64,000 nucleotides of DNA from Octopus vulgaris (taxonomy: Eukaryota): the NCBI GenBank assembly GCA_951406725.2, contig OX597838.1, positions 19,778,001-19,842,000 of the forward strand, given 5' to 3'. A model generated the notes under the pieces. That model saw only the letters and a program-made list of their open reading frames with translations. It did not search any database and was not told the DNA's origin. Shown here piece by piece: positions 52,310 through 64,000 of this stretch. Position 1 is the stretch's first letter. Every line of letters starts with the position of its first letter. Position numbers and translations under genes: made by a program.

Positions 52310-52690
52310 GTTGGCTGTGTGTTAAGTAGCTTGCTTACGAACCACATGATTCCAGGTTCAGTTCCACTGCGTGGCACCTTGGGCAAGTGTCTTCTACTAT
52401 AGCATTGGGCCAACCAAGGCATTGTGAATGGATTTGGTAGATGGAAGCTGAAAGAAGCCCATCGTGTGTGTGTGTGTGACCTCTTGTCTGTGTTTGTCCC
52501 CAACCACTGCTTGACAACCGGTGTTGGTGTGTTGACATCCCCTTAACCTAGCAGTTCGGCAAAAAGAGACTGATAGAATATGTACCAGGCTTAACGAAAG
52601 ATAAGTACTTGGGTCAATTCATTCAACTAAAATTTCTGCAAGGTGATGCTCCAGTATGGCCAGTGCCTAATGACTGAAAACAGTAAAATA
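52310..52690 (+). mobile_element. SINE family A, older diverged copy
   Basis: Family A motifs with many transitions. Confidence 0.8.
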
Positions 52691-53099
52691 TATATGTATA
52701 TATATATTTGCAAATAGAAATTGATTACTCCAAACATTTTCTAGTTTGCTCTCAGTTAGGTATTCAAAATAAGTTATTCAACAGTTGATATATGAATCCA
52801 ATAATATTCTCATAAGACGAGAATACATTCTTATACTAGTATGTTGTTGACTGTGACTTCAAAGTTTTGGCCAGCTAAGCCATTGCGGACTGTGTGTGTG
52901 TATGTACTTGTAGCACTTGAATATTTTTTTGGCTGATGTCAATGCTGTTGGATTCTGTGTTGAAATTCCAATGACTTCCAAGAGAGCAGCAGATGACAAG
53001 ATGTCAGCTATGTCCCTTTAGATTTAAACTGTTGTTATTGTGAAGTTTGTACGTTTCCCTTTTTGATTCAGTCTTCAGTATGTTTGTCACCATATTGAT

Positions 53100-53317
53100 A
53101 AGGCGGCGTGCTGGCAGAAAGGTTAGCACACCGGGCAAAATGCGTATCTGTATTTTGTCTGCCGTTACATTCTGGGTTCAAATTCCGCCGAGGTCGACTT
53201 TGCCTTTCATCCTTTCGGGGTCGATAAATTAAGTACCAGTTACGCACTGGGGTTGATGTAATTGACTTAATCTGTTTGTCTGTCCTTGTTTAGCCCCTTG
53301 TGGGTAGTAAAGAAATA
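53100..53317 (+). mobile_element. SINE family B monomer
   Basis: Head and core motifs. Confidence 0.82.
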
Positions 53318-53479
53318 CATATTGATTGCGTCACCATTTGTAGTCCTGGTGGTTTATGGTCCGCTTATTGTTTAATATACAACTGGGACTAGTCTTATTG
53401 GTTTCTCTGTCATTGCTTCATTCATGATAGATTGTTAGCTCCTACACGCATTTTTTCTCTCCTTGTTTTTTCTGTGTCC

Positions 53480-53515
53480 CTTTCTGTAGAAGAGCGTAGG
53501 CTCGAAACGTAAAAG
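53480..53515 (+). ncRNA. Minimal hammerhead ribozyme variant (CUGUAGA core)
   Basis: CTTT-CTGTAGA-A-GAGC(GTAG)GCTC-GAAA-CG-TA-AAAG; same architecture as 55050-55084 but with A6 changed to U. Confidence 0.5.
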
Positions 53516-53619
53516 ACTTTTTCTATTCCTGAGCGCTATACTAATACATCTGTTTGTTTGTACTCCACCTGCCTTCGTCTTTTGTTTATTTTCGTAAACT
53601 TTCCATTTATATATATATA

Positions 53620-54243
53620 TCATCATCATCATTTAATATCTGCTTTCCCTGCTGGCATGGGTTGGACAGTTTGACCAGAGTTGGCAAGCAGGAGAGCAGC
53701 ACCAGGTTCCAGTCTGATTTGGCTTGGTCTCTACAGCTGGATGCCAGCCACTTTACAGAGTGTACTGGGTGCTTTTCATATTGCACTGGCACTGGTGCTT
53801 TTTATGTGGAACCAGCATGGGGGTTTTTACATGGCACCAGGACAGGATTCTTGCGGGCCGAACTCCTTCAGCTGAAGAAGGAGCAGCATTAACACTTCTG
53901 TAGTGGACAACAGATCTTCTTTGTGTGTGTGTGTGCCGGTGGCACATGAAAAAAACATTCAAGCGAGGTCATTGCCAGTGCCACTGGACTGGCTCCTGTG
54001 CAGGTGGCACGTAAAAAAAAACACCATTTGAGCATGGCCATTGCCAGTACCGCCTGACTGGCACGAGGGCCGGTGGCACGTAAAAGCACCCACTACACCC
54101 TCGGAGTGGTTGGTGTTAGGAATGGCATCTAGCTGTAGAAACTCTGATTGGAGCCTGGTGCAGCCATCTGGTTCACCAGTCCTCAGTCAAATCGTCCAAC
54201 CCATGCTAGCATGGAAAGCGGATGTTAAACGATGATGATGATG
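53620..54243. mobile_element. Two RTE 3' UTR fragments in divergent orientation (53620-53830 minus; 53935-54243 plus)
   Basis: Shared CCATGC(T/C)AGCA(T/G)GG and (GAT)n tails. Confidence 0.78.
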
Positions 54244-54562
54244 TTATACACACATTCATGCACAATACAGCATAAATAAGAAGAACTGAAGTAAATCTAA
54301 GTATTGAAGCTTCAATATGGTTCAAATAAGAACATAAACACCCTTTTTCTATGTTAATTGATGTAGAAAAAATGTCGGAGGGAGTCTCATGATGGACCAT
54401 GTATATGTGTGTGCGTCTTTTTCACAATTCAGGGCATGGGCTGTGGCCATACTGGGATACTACTATTACTGATGATACTGTTTCAACCATTTCATTATGG
54501 TGTGTGAGGAAGTTTGATATTGTTACCATTATTAGCTTTCTTGGCATGATCTTGTGTGTGTG

Positions 54563-54623
<61 letters not shown>

Positions 54624-54901
54624 ATATTGTATTTTGGGATGGTCTTTTTTTTTTTGTCTTTTTGCCAAATCCGCACACACACTACTATATATTTGTTCTT
54701 CATTCATTTATTACTGTTCCTATTTTAGCTTCTGTCCATTGTCCGGAAATCTTTCATGTGTGGCGAAAGATTTCCAGACAATGGACATGAGTTTATTTGG
54801 GGGCAAAAAAAAAAAGAAAACAAAAGAACCATCCCAAAATACAACAATATCCATTTCAACACATGGTTTCACATCAGGAATCTTGTAACACAAATTTATA
54901 A

Positions 54902-54952
<51 letters not shown>

Positions 54953-55049
54953 ATCCAAACATGAAAACACAAAGAGAAAACACAACAATGCGAGGACGTG
55001 GAACAAATATAGTATTATTGGATGCTCAGGAAGGAAGGGAAGAAGGAGG

Positions 55050-55084
55050 GTTTTACGTTTCGAGCGGAGCTCTTCGTCAGAAAC
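55050..55084 (-). ncRNA. Minimal type I hammerhead ribozyme (Penelope-type)
   Basis: Minus strand GTTT-CTGACGA-A-GAGC(TCC)GCTC-GAAA-CG-TA-AAAC: complete core, stems I and II, palindromic ACGU stem III, GUA triplet (cut between 55054 and 55053). Confidence 0.75.
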
Positions 55085-55152
55085 ATAGGAAATGGAAAGA
55101 TCCAGAGAAGGGAAGACGGAGGAAAAAAAATCGCCAACAGTACACATGCAGA

Positions 55153-55282
<130 letters not shown>

Positions 55283-56071
55283 GGCGGTGCTGGTAACAAT
55301 CACACTGGAATGGTGCTTTTTACGTAATATATGTATATATAAAACAAACACACACACACACATGTATATGTATATCATGTGTGTGTATAAATATATATCA
55401 TCATTTATCATCCATTTTCCATGCTGCCTGAGCTCCATTTTGCCCATTTTGTCATGGCTTCTACTGCTGGATTTCCTTCTATATATCATTTTTACATCAT
55501 GGGCTGTGATGGTTAGATGGAATTCCAAGGGTTGCAGGACCACATCTTGTACCAGTGTCTCAGAGTGTATTGGATGCTTTATTTATTCTTTTTTTCACAA
55601 TGCACAAGAGCTTGTGGGATGACAATCGGTTTGGCAAAAGAGACCAATAGAATAAGTACCAGGGTTGCCTTGTTTAGCTAAACCCTTCAAGGCAGTACCC
55701 CAGCATATCTGCAGTCCAATGACTGAAACGAGTAAAAGATAAAAAGAATGTCTACGGAATACTCAGCCACTTGCATGATAAGTCAATGTTTAGGCAATTA
55801 ATTGAACATTTGAACCACTCATCATTGAAACTGACAGAGGTCCAACTACACACAAGTAGTAATATGTATGTATGCGGGCATGGCCGTGTGGTTAGGGAGC
55901 TTGCTTTCTAGCTACATGGTTTCGGGTTCAGTCCCACTGCGTGACACTTTGGGCAGGTGTCGACCTAAGCTTTGTGATTGAATTTGATAGGCGGAAGTTA
56001 CTGCCGTGTGTGTATGTGTGCGTGTAGGTGCTCAGTGCCTCCGAAAGAGAGAAAGGGGTATTTCTCTCTCT

Positions 56072-56455
56072 CTTTTCTCTTTTACTTGTTTCAGTCATTT
56101 GACTGCGGCCATGCTGGAGCACCGCCTTTAGTCGAGCAAATCGACCCCGGGACTTATTCTTTGTAAGCCCAGTACTTATTCTATCGGTCTCTATTGCCGA
56201 ACCGCTAAGTGACGGGGACGTAAACACACCAGCATCGGTTGTCAAGCAATGCTAGGGGGTCAAACACACACACATACATATATATATATATACGACAGGC
56301 TTCTTTCAGTTTCCGTCTACCAAATCCACTCACAAGGCATTGGTTGGCCCGGGGCTATAGCAGAAGACACTTGCCCAAGATCCCACGCAGTGGGATTGAA
56401 CCCGGAACCATGTGGTTGGTAAGCAAGCTATTTACCACACAGCCACTCCTGCGCC
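56072..56455 (-). mobile_element. SINE family A, full length
   Basis: Family A motifs, near consensus. Confidence 0.9.
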
Positions 56456-56471
56456 TATGTATGTATGTAAT

Positions 56472-56990
56472 TATTCAGTTTTATTTCAAGATTTCTTGCC
56501 AATGGAGAAAGAGCCAGTTTCTAACTTAGATCCAAGGTCCATTCATTGGAATTTCAACATCAACAGGATATTTGTGCAGTTTTGGAGTCGGTGCGTGTGC
56601 AGATTTGTTTGTTTTGTTTTATGTATGTATTCTCATGCATATAGTTGCATGTCTAGATATGTGTGTATATACTTAAATGATAAACTTCTGGAAAGTTTTA
56701 CAGATTTTTACAGTTCCACTGATGGCTTGGATCTGTAGTCTTCAAATTTGCTGTCTTCTTTCTGGCTTTGAGAAGCCTAATTTCTCAAGATCGATACTTA
56801 GGTAGTGTGTTACATATCCCAGTGCCCCAATAATTACAGATATAAACCTGAACCTGGGTAGAATAACTGTAGATTTCTCAATAGTTCAGTGTAGGTATTT
56901 TCTTTTTCTCCTATCTTTAGCCTTTTGCTAACATCTGCTGGGCAGCTGATTTTCACAACTGTACACAGTTTCTCCTCTCTGTCCCAAATC
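56472..56990 (-). mobile_element. R4/Dong-like LINE 3' fragment with restriction-like endonuclease remnant
   Basis: IWDREEKLCTVVKISCPAD...EKENTYTELLRNLQLFYP...VIIGALGYV fits the RLE C-terminal pattern (D..P.D..EK..Y..L...IGALG). Confidence 0.72.
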
Positions 56991-57772
56991 TCTAAGTATA
57001 TCTGTATGTGTGTGTGTATGTAGAGTCAACAGATGAGATCCAGTGATTCTTGGTATAGAAAACACTTAGTAGCGCTTCGAATGATCTGAATTTAGACTCC
57101 GATGTTTTTACGAGGGACCAATTCTATGAGATAAATAGTGGCTATAAGAAGAATCCAGGTGAGCAGATATACTCTTTTACTTGTTTCAGTCATTTGACTG
57201 TGGCCATACTGGAGCACCGCATTTAGTCGAGCAAATCAACCCTAGTACTTATTCTATCGGTCTCTTTTGCTGAACCCCTAAGTAACAGGGACGTAAACAC
57301 ACCAGCATCAGTTGTCAAGCAATGTTAGGTGGACAAACACAGACACACACATACACACACACACATATATATATATATACACACATATATATACAACGGG
57401 CTTCTTTCAGGTCAACATGACCGGTAGAGTGTACAGGGCAGAGGATGACTGCAAAAAAATAAGAGTGGGCGGAGAGAAAATAGCAAATAGGTATAGTGGG
57501 AGAGGGAGAAATGGGAGAGAGATGGAGAGATAGTGTGTGTGTGTGTAACCACTGAGCCATGCACCTCCACATGTGCTCATAAATTAGTGTATGGTGGTTG
57601 GTGTTAGGAAGGGCATCCAGAACCATACCAAAGCAGACACTGGAACATGATCCAGTCCTTGACCAATTGGCTCTTGTCAAACCATCCAGACCCATGCTGT
57701 ATGGAACATGGACGTTAAGCGATGATGATGACATTACATTCCAAACTGTGTCCATAATGCCTCTGCCCTACC

Positions 57773-57814
<42 letters not shown>

Positions 57815-57819
57815 TTGTG

Positions 57820-57851
<32 letters not shown>

Positions 57852-58039
57852 CGTGATTGATAGACACAAAAATTATTGGTAGTAAGAATCTGATGAACAT
57901 CAATAAAGAATGAATTAAGAGTTAAGAAAATGGAGGTTATCAGAATAAAAAGTAAGGTTTGCCCAAGATACCACGCAGTAGGACCGAACCCAGAATCATG
58001 TGGTTCGTAAGCAAACGTCTTACCACACAGCCACTCCCA

Positions 58040-58770
58040 CTGTAACATTCATGCACATTAATATTACACATCTTGAGAAGTGTATTCACATCCTCCCTTT
58101 CTAGCTTCCACAAGTCCTTTGCCTTCAAGGCCACCTCTCACTGCCATACAGAATCACACTTCACATACAACCTGGCCTTCGCTCTGAGAGAGATGCTCTT
58201 TGTTGATGATTGAGGTAGTTAGCAGCTTCCTGAACATTTTCCAACTTTTTTTTTTTACTCACCTATGGAAATTGTAGCTGTGATACCAGTGCCGGTGGCA
58301 CGTAAGCAAACCATCTGAACGTGGCCATTGCCAGCGCGCCCCAATGGACACGGAGGCCCGTTGAGGCAGCAGTGGCAACGTAAAAAGCACCATCCGATTG
58401 TGGCGGTTGCCAGCCTCACCTGGCCCCGTGCCGGTGGCACATAAAAAGCACCATCCAACCGTGGCCAATCCTTACGTTATTATTATATTTTAATTATTTA
58501 GCTTTTAATAGATTAAATCTTACAGATTCCAATTTATTTTTTCATCCTCAGAGGATCAATAAAACCCGTTTGCTAGTCCCGTCTGGCACGTAAAAAGCAC
58601 CCACTACACTCACGGAGTGGTTGGCGTTAGGAAGGGCATCCAGCCGTAGAAACATTGCCAGATCGAACTGGGCCTGGTGCAGCCTTCTGGCTTCCCAGAC
58701 CCCAGTTGAACCGTCCAACCCATGCCAGCATGGAAAGCGGACGCTAAATGATGATGATGATGATGATTTA
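58040..58770. mobile_element. RTE fragments: decayed coding piece (58040-58245, minus) and 3' UTR (58270-58770, plus)
   Basis: Homologous to ~30340-30540 and 31000-31656. Confidence 0.72.
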
Positions 58771-58998
58771 CCTAACTTAATTAGCAGTGGGAGTCAAGTG
58801 TATAGTAGCTCCCACTGCTAATTAGGTCACCTAACCTGCAGGCCTGGTGTTGGCATCTGGTACAGGATAACTCCTCTTATGGGCAACAGCTGATCTTTAG
58901 TGTTGGCTGGTAAGATATCTAGGGGATGGAAAACCGTATAAGAAAACTTCAATAAATATATCTTTTACTTGTTTCAGTCATGCTAGGGCACTGCCTTG

Positions 58999-59070
<72 letters not shown>

Positions 59071-59094
59071 ATATATATATATATATATATTATA

Positions 59095-59484
59095 TATTCT
59101 TGTTTTAGTCATTTGACTATGGCCATGCTGGAGCACCGCCTTTAGTCAAACAAATTAAACCCAGGACTTATTCTTTGTAAGCCTAGTACTTATTCTATCA
59201 GTCTCTTTGTGCCAAACTGCTAAGTGACAGGGAAGTAAACACAGCAACATCAGTTGTCAAGCGATAATGGCGGGGGACAGACACAAACACACACATATAT
59301 ATACATATATATATATATATACACACACACACAACACAATGGGCTTCTTTCAGTTTCTGTCTACCAAATCCACTCACAAGGCTTTGGTTGGCCCAAGACA
59401 CTTATCCAAGGTGTCATGCAGGGGGACTGAACCCAGAACCATATGGTTGGGAACCAAGCTTCTTACCACACAGCCACTCCTGCA

Positions 59485-59487
<3 letters not shown>
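59095..59487 (-). mobile_element. SINE family A copy
   Basis: Family A motifs. Confidence 0.85.
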
Positions 59488-59533
<46 letters not shown>

Positions 59534-59958
59534 TTATATTTTGAAATTTTATTGTTTTTGCCAAATATACACATGCACTCTATACTCGTTCATCACTTCA
59601 GTTTTATTATTGTTCTTCTTCCAGTGTCCCTTGTCTGAAATCTTTCATCACATGTCCTGTGAACTCTTCACCAACTCTCCATCCCACATTTCCTCTTGTT
59701 TAGGCCACTCTCTCTCTCTCTCTCTCTCATATATTTTATGTGTGTGTGTGTGTTGAATAAAATAAGCCAACAATGCCAGGGCAAACATTTATATGCTCAC
59801 ACATTATCTGCATTAGACTCCTCACTCGTACTATTATTGAACCGTGAATCTAACTACCGTCCTTCCATAGCACTTACATAGACTTACCTGCCATTTTGGG
59901 TCTTCTGGATACCAAAACCTCTCATCTATCTATCTATCTATATATATATATATATATT

Positions 59959-60160
59959 TTACATACATTTAAGAGGGATGACCACTAAGTGGACATCCAT
60001 TATGCTAGAAGTCGAACCCCCTATGTCTATGATTGTTCCCCCACCACTCAGAAAGGAAATTTTCTTGAGAACATTCCTTTCTTAGTGGTAAGACCATAGG
60101 GGGTCGACTTCAAGCATAATGGATGTCTACTTAGTAGTCATCCCTCTTATACGTATGTAA
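59959..60160. repeat. ~200-bp near-perfect palindrome (foldback element) next to (TA)n
   Basis: TTACATACATTTAAGAGGGATGACCACTAAGTGGACATCCATTATGCTAGAAGTCGAACCCCCTATG pairs with 60096-60160; inner arms ACCACTCAGAAAGGAA and TTCCTTTTCTTAGTGGT also pair. Confidence 0.88.
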
Positions 60161-60254
60161 TATAATTTTTCTGAATCAGCAGATTTTTCTATATGCTAGA
60201 CCACTGGTTTTAAATTGATATTAATCAAATTAATATTCAATTTTTCACCCTTAT

Positions 60255-60301
<47 letters not shown>

Positions 60302-60679
60302 CAAATCAATAATAACAGACGATGGATAAATGTCAGTTCATTACAGCTGTTTCTCATGCATTTTTAATAGACAAATGTCTACATTACATCATTGCAAAAA
60401 CCACAGTCATCCGATGAAACATATAATTTCAAAACAATAGAAGGATTTCCCATGTGAGACACTCTAGACTAAACAGCGTATGGTTGACACAATGTGTACT
60501 TTTAGACCAGCCCCTAGGCGCTAAATACTCGTAGGGGTGGTTTTCTCTGTGTGCACAACCTGAATATTCTACTGGATATTTAATCGACCATAGGTGGTGA
60601 TCACAGGTTAATCCAACCCTACCTGGTACATATCATTTAAGTACCTGATTCTCTTAATCCTTATTATTAATAATATATT

Positions 60680-60716
<37 letters not shown>

Positions 60717-61387
60717 ATAGGTGCAGGAGTGGCTGTGTGGTAAGTAGCTTGCTTACCAACCACTTGGTTCTGGGTTTAGTCCCACTGCATGGCACCTTGG
60801 CTATGGGGGAAATATTATCATGCTTGGGAACAAGTAAGGGTTGGCAACTGGTAGAGCATCCAATTGTAGAAAATCTGCTTCAGCAAACTTTGTCTGAGCT
60901 ATGCAACTATGGAAAAGTGGATGTTAAATCGATAATTATAATGACAATAACGGTCTTATTGAATAATTAGATGGCTATCAAATGACTAAATGAAGCAATT
61001 TCCTTAATATCATCATCATTTAACACTCGTTTTTCCATGCTGGTATTTTGCATGCTACAGAGCTGTGCTGAAATTCCAGTGTCAGCTTGGCATGTTTTCT
61101 TACAGCTGGGTGTCCTTTCTAATGTCAACCATCTTAGAGTGTGTACTGGGTGGCAACCTCACTAGCGCCAGTGGCATATGGGTGCTTTTTTTCATGCCCC
61201 TGACCCTTGTGAAGTTGCTAAGTTAGTTGCTAGACAGAAAATAACAGGAAAGAAAAAAGTAACATGACCTTATTTACCAGGTTGCATGCACAAAATTACT
61301 CAAGCGTGGCAACACCAATGAAAATAACAATGAAAACAAAACCACAGAATTGTAAATATAATTTGAAACAAGGTATAAGGATGTCTA

Positions 61388-61909
61388 CTGTAAATCCTCG
61401 AGTATAATCTGCCCTTGAGTATAATACGCAGGGGATTTTTAGGGCGCTGTACCTCTGAAAAACCTAAACCCTGTGTATAATACGCACCCCTTCTCTAACT
61501 TGAGTCGTGCGTAATTAAGCCAGCAGCACCTAGTCAAACAAACACTTCCGTGCATGCGTAATACAGTAATGGTGATGTTCTTAACTGTTGTATGGGAATG
61601 TAAATATGTTTGCAAATTTTTTTTGTTACATGTTATTCTGTGTTCTGAATACTTTTATTTTTATAAATGTTGTTTACTGCAAGTTATGGATGATTCTTTT
61701 ATGACTTCATTGCTTTCAGGCTTAGCTTAAGATATTTTCGCGCCTGACATCACAAAATGCATCTGAATAAACATTGCTGGACAGCAAATAGAGACTCGGA
61801 CATTGCTTAGAAAATATTTTTCATTTTTAACCTCGTATATTGTACGCACTAGGGATTTTGACCGTTAAATTTTGGGGGAAAAATGCAGATTATACTCGAG
61901 GATTTACAG
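61388..61909. mobile_element. Tc1/mariner (pogo-like) non-autonomous element
   Basis: Perfect 25-bp TIRs CTGTAAATCCTCGAGTATAATCTGC; TA duplications at 61386-61387 and 61910-61911. Confidence 0.9.
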
Positions 61910-62609
61910 TATGTAGCAGCAACTATGATACTATTAGCATTTGATAGAAAAACTCGCATGTGGAAAGCCAAGATAATTGTGTTTTGATATAGTCACCACA
62001 ACAAACATTTGAGTCAGTGGTTTAGCTGAATAGATTGACCGCAGTTACTGCTCGTAATGGGTTTTATCGATCCTCTGAGGATGAAAAAATAAATTGGAAT
62101 CTGTAAGATTTAATCTATTAAAAGCTAAATAATTAAAATATAATAAAAACGTAAGGATTGGCAGTGCAGATCACCACCACCACGCCCCGTTCTCTGTAGA
62201 TCAATATCATCTGCTGAACAAAGTCAGTGAGAAAAACTTGTAATTTGCAGCTAAATATCTCTCAAATCACACCTTACTTGTTGGAGAATATTTGAGAGGG
62301 AGAGATGGCTTTATACCAGGTGCTGAGAAGCTGAAGTATTACAGAGGGACTAGAACAGGTGTTTTGTTATATATGCATATAAATGAAATAAGTTTACATA
62401 TACTTTTTCTCACGTACAAACTTGCTACGATTTTCCCCCTTCATAAGTTAAACTCTCTTGTAATGTTTTGCATTTATTTTGTAAGATATGGAAGCGTGTA
62501 TTGAAAAAGTGTATCGTTTATTGAGAGGATACAGGTGAAGGCACATGGCTCAAATTTGATTTCGATTTTTAGGCTCTACATTTGAATTACCTCTATTTCC
62601 AGATCTTTC

Positions 62610-62686
<77 letters not shown>

Positions 62687-62969
62687 TAATTAAGACAGCA
62701 AGCTGGTAGAATCGTTAGCATGCTGGGGAAAAATGCTTAGCTGTATTTCATCTGTCTTCATGTTTTGAGTTCAAATTCCACCGAGGTCGACTTTGCCTTT
62801 CATCCTCACCCAAATTCCAAGCCTTTTGCCTGTAGTAGAAAGCATTATTATTATTATTATTGTAGTATCTTTTGTCTAAGCTCTTTCGTCACACATCCTG
62901 TGACCTCTTAGCTATTTTAACCACTTAGCTATGTGCCTCCACACGCACACATACACATATATATAGTGT

Positions 62970-63170
62970 GGAAGCACATGGCCTAGTGGTTAGAGTAGCA
63001 GACTTGCAGTCAAGAGATTGTGGGTTCGAATCTCAGACCGGGCAATGTGTGTGTTTATGAGTGAAACACCTAAGCTCCATGCGGCTTCGGCAGAAGGTAA
63101 TGGCGAACTTCTGCTGACTCTTTGCCACAACTTTCTCTCACTCTTTCCTCCTGCATCTTGCAGCTCACCT
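62970..63170 (+). mobile_element. tRNA-derived SINE fragment
   Basis: TGGCCTAGTGG A box and GGTTCGAATCT B box followed by a non-tRNA body. Confidence 0.65.
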
Positions 63171-63271
63171 GTGGCAACGTAAGCACACCAACACTGGTTG
63201 TCAAGCGATGGTGGGGGGACGTGTCCATAATGCCTCTGCCCCACCCTCTCTCTATATGTATTAGTAACATT

Positions 63272-63662
63272 AGGTGCAAGAGTGGCTGTGTGGTAGGTAG
63301 CTTGCTTACCAACCACATGGTTCCGGGTTCTGTCCCACTGCGTGGCACCTTGGGCAAGTGTCTTCTGCTATAGCCTCGGGCCGACCAAAGCCTTGTGAGT
63401 GGATTTGGTAGACGGAAACTGAAAGAAGCCCGTCGTAGATATGTATATATATATGTGAGTGTGTGTCTGTGTTTGTCCCCCCCCCAACATCGCTTGACAA
63501 CCGATGCTGGTGTGTTTACGTCCCCGTAACTTAGCGGTTCAGCAAAAGAGACCGATAGAATAAGTACTAGGCTTATAAAGAATAAGTCCCGGGGTCGATT
63601 TGCTCGGCTAAAGGCAGTGCTCCAGCATGGCCGCATTCAAACGCCTGAAACAAGTAAAAGAG
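63272..63662 (+). mobile_element. SINE family A, full length
   Basis: Family A head to tail. Confidence 0.9.
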
Positions 63663-64000
63663 TATGAATAAAGGAAGCAAGCGGCCAAAAGGGAGCGCCT
63701 ATGTGGTTACTAGACTGACAAGAAAAAGCAGTCAAAGTCTCCCTTAAAATCGCACTACGATCATCTTAAGAAATGAAGGATACATTGGATAACTCTATCG
63801 GGATGGTCTATGCAGGAGTGTCTTTAATGTGTTGGGTAAAGGACTAGGACTTTGGTTATAAACGGTATGCAGTTATGTTTTTGTTGTTGTTCCGCCTCGG
63901 GTTAATTTATATTTAACAAACCCTGTGACCAAAAGAATTCCATTTATGAGCATCTCTTTATTTTGGGGCTATTTAACTCTGCTTGGATGTTAAATTTATC

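Noticed and set aside
60330-60480. GAAACAGCTGTA half-hammerhead on the minus strand (also ~9450-9468)
   Set aside because: Palindromic stem III and cleavage triplet are present but there is no intact CUGANGA core.
62970-63042. tRNA gene (also 34418-34490)
   Set aside because: A/B boxes are present but there is no proper acceptor stem or terminator; the sequence continues into a SINE body.

Overview
Eukaryotic, AT-rich, repeat-saturated DNA. The SINE families, RTE tails and microsatellite density look like an Octopus (coleoid cephalopod) genome; this is an inference. One host gene can be reconstructed by hand: a six-coding-exon minus-strand gene (42507->27274, 654 nt, 217 aa, all GT-AG introns in consistent phase) encoding a NOL7/NUC129-like nucleolar protein. 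A possible second, plus-strand transcription unit starts near 50 kb. The rest is three tRNA-derived SINE families, fragments of RTE, CR1-like, R4/Dong-like and Penelope retroelements, decayed hAT and mariner transposases, several MITEs/foldback elements, Helitron/Helentron derivatives, minisatellites and microsatellites. Almost all ORFs in the supplied track are artefacts of microsatellites or SINEs. The most interesting non-obvious signals are: minimal type I hammerhead ribozyme motifs in short elements next to (TA)n tracts; a covarying 3' stem-loop shared by a CR1-like LINE and the dominant SINE; long inverted repeats that could form dsRNA; a templated inverted insertion; and a candidate frame-preserving microexon. 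No CRISPR array, rRNA or genuine tRNA gene is supported. I found nothing that I can claim is a wholly new system.
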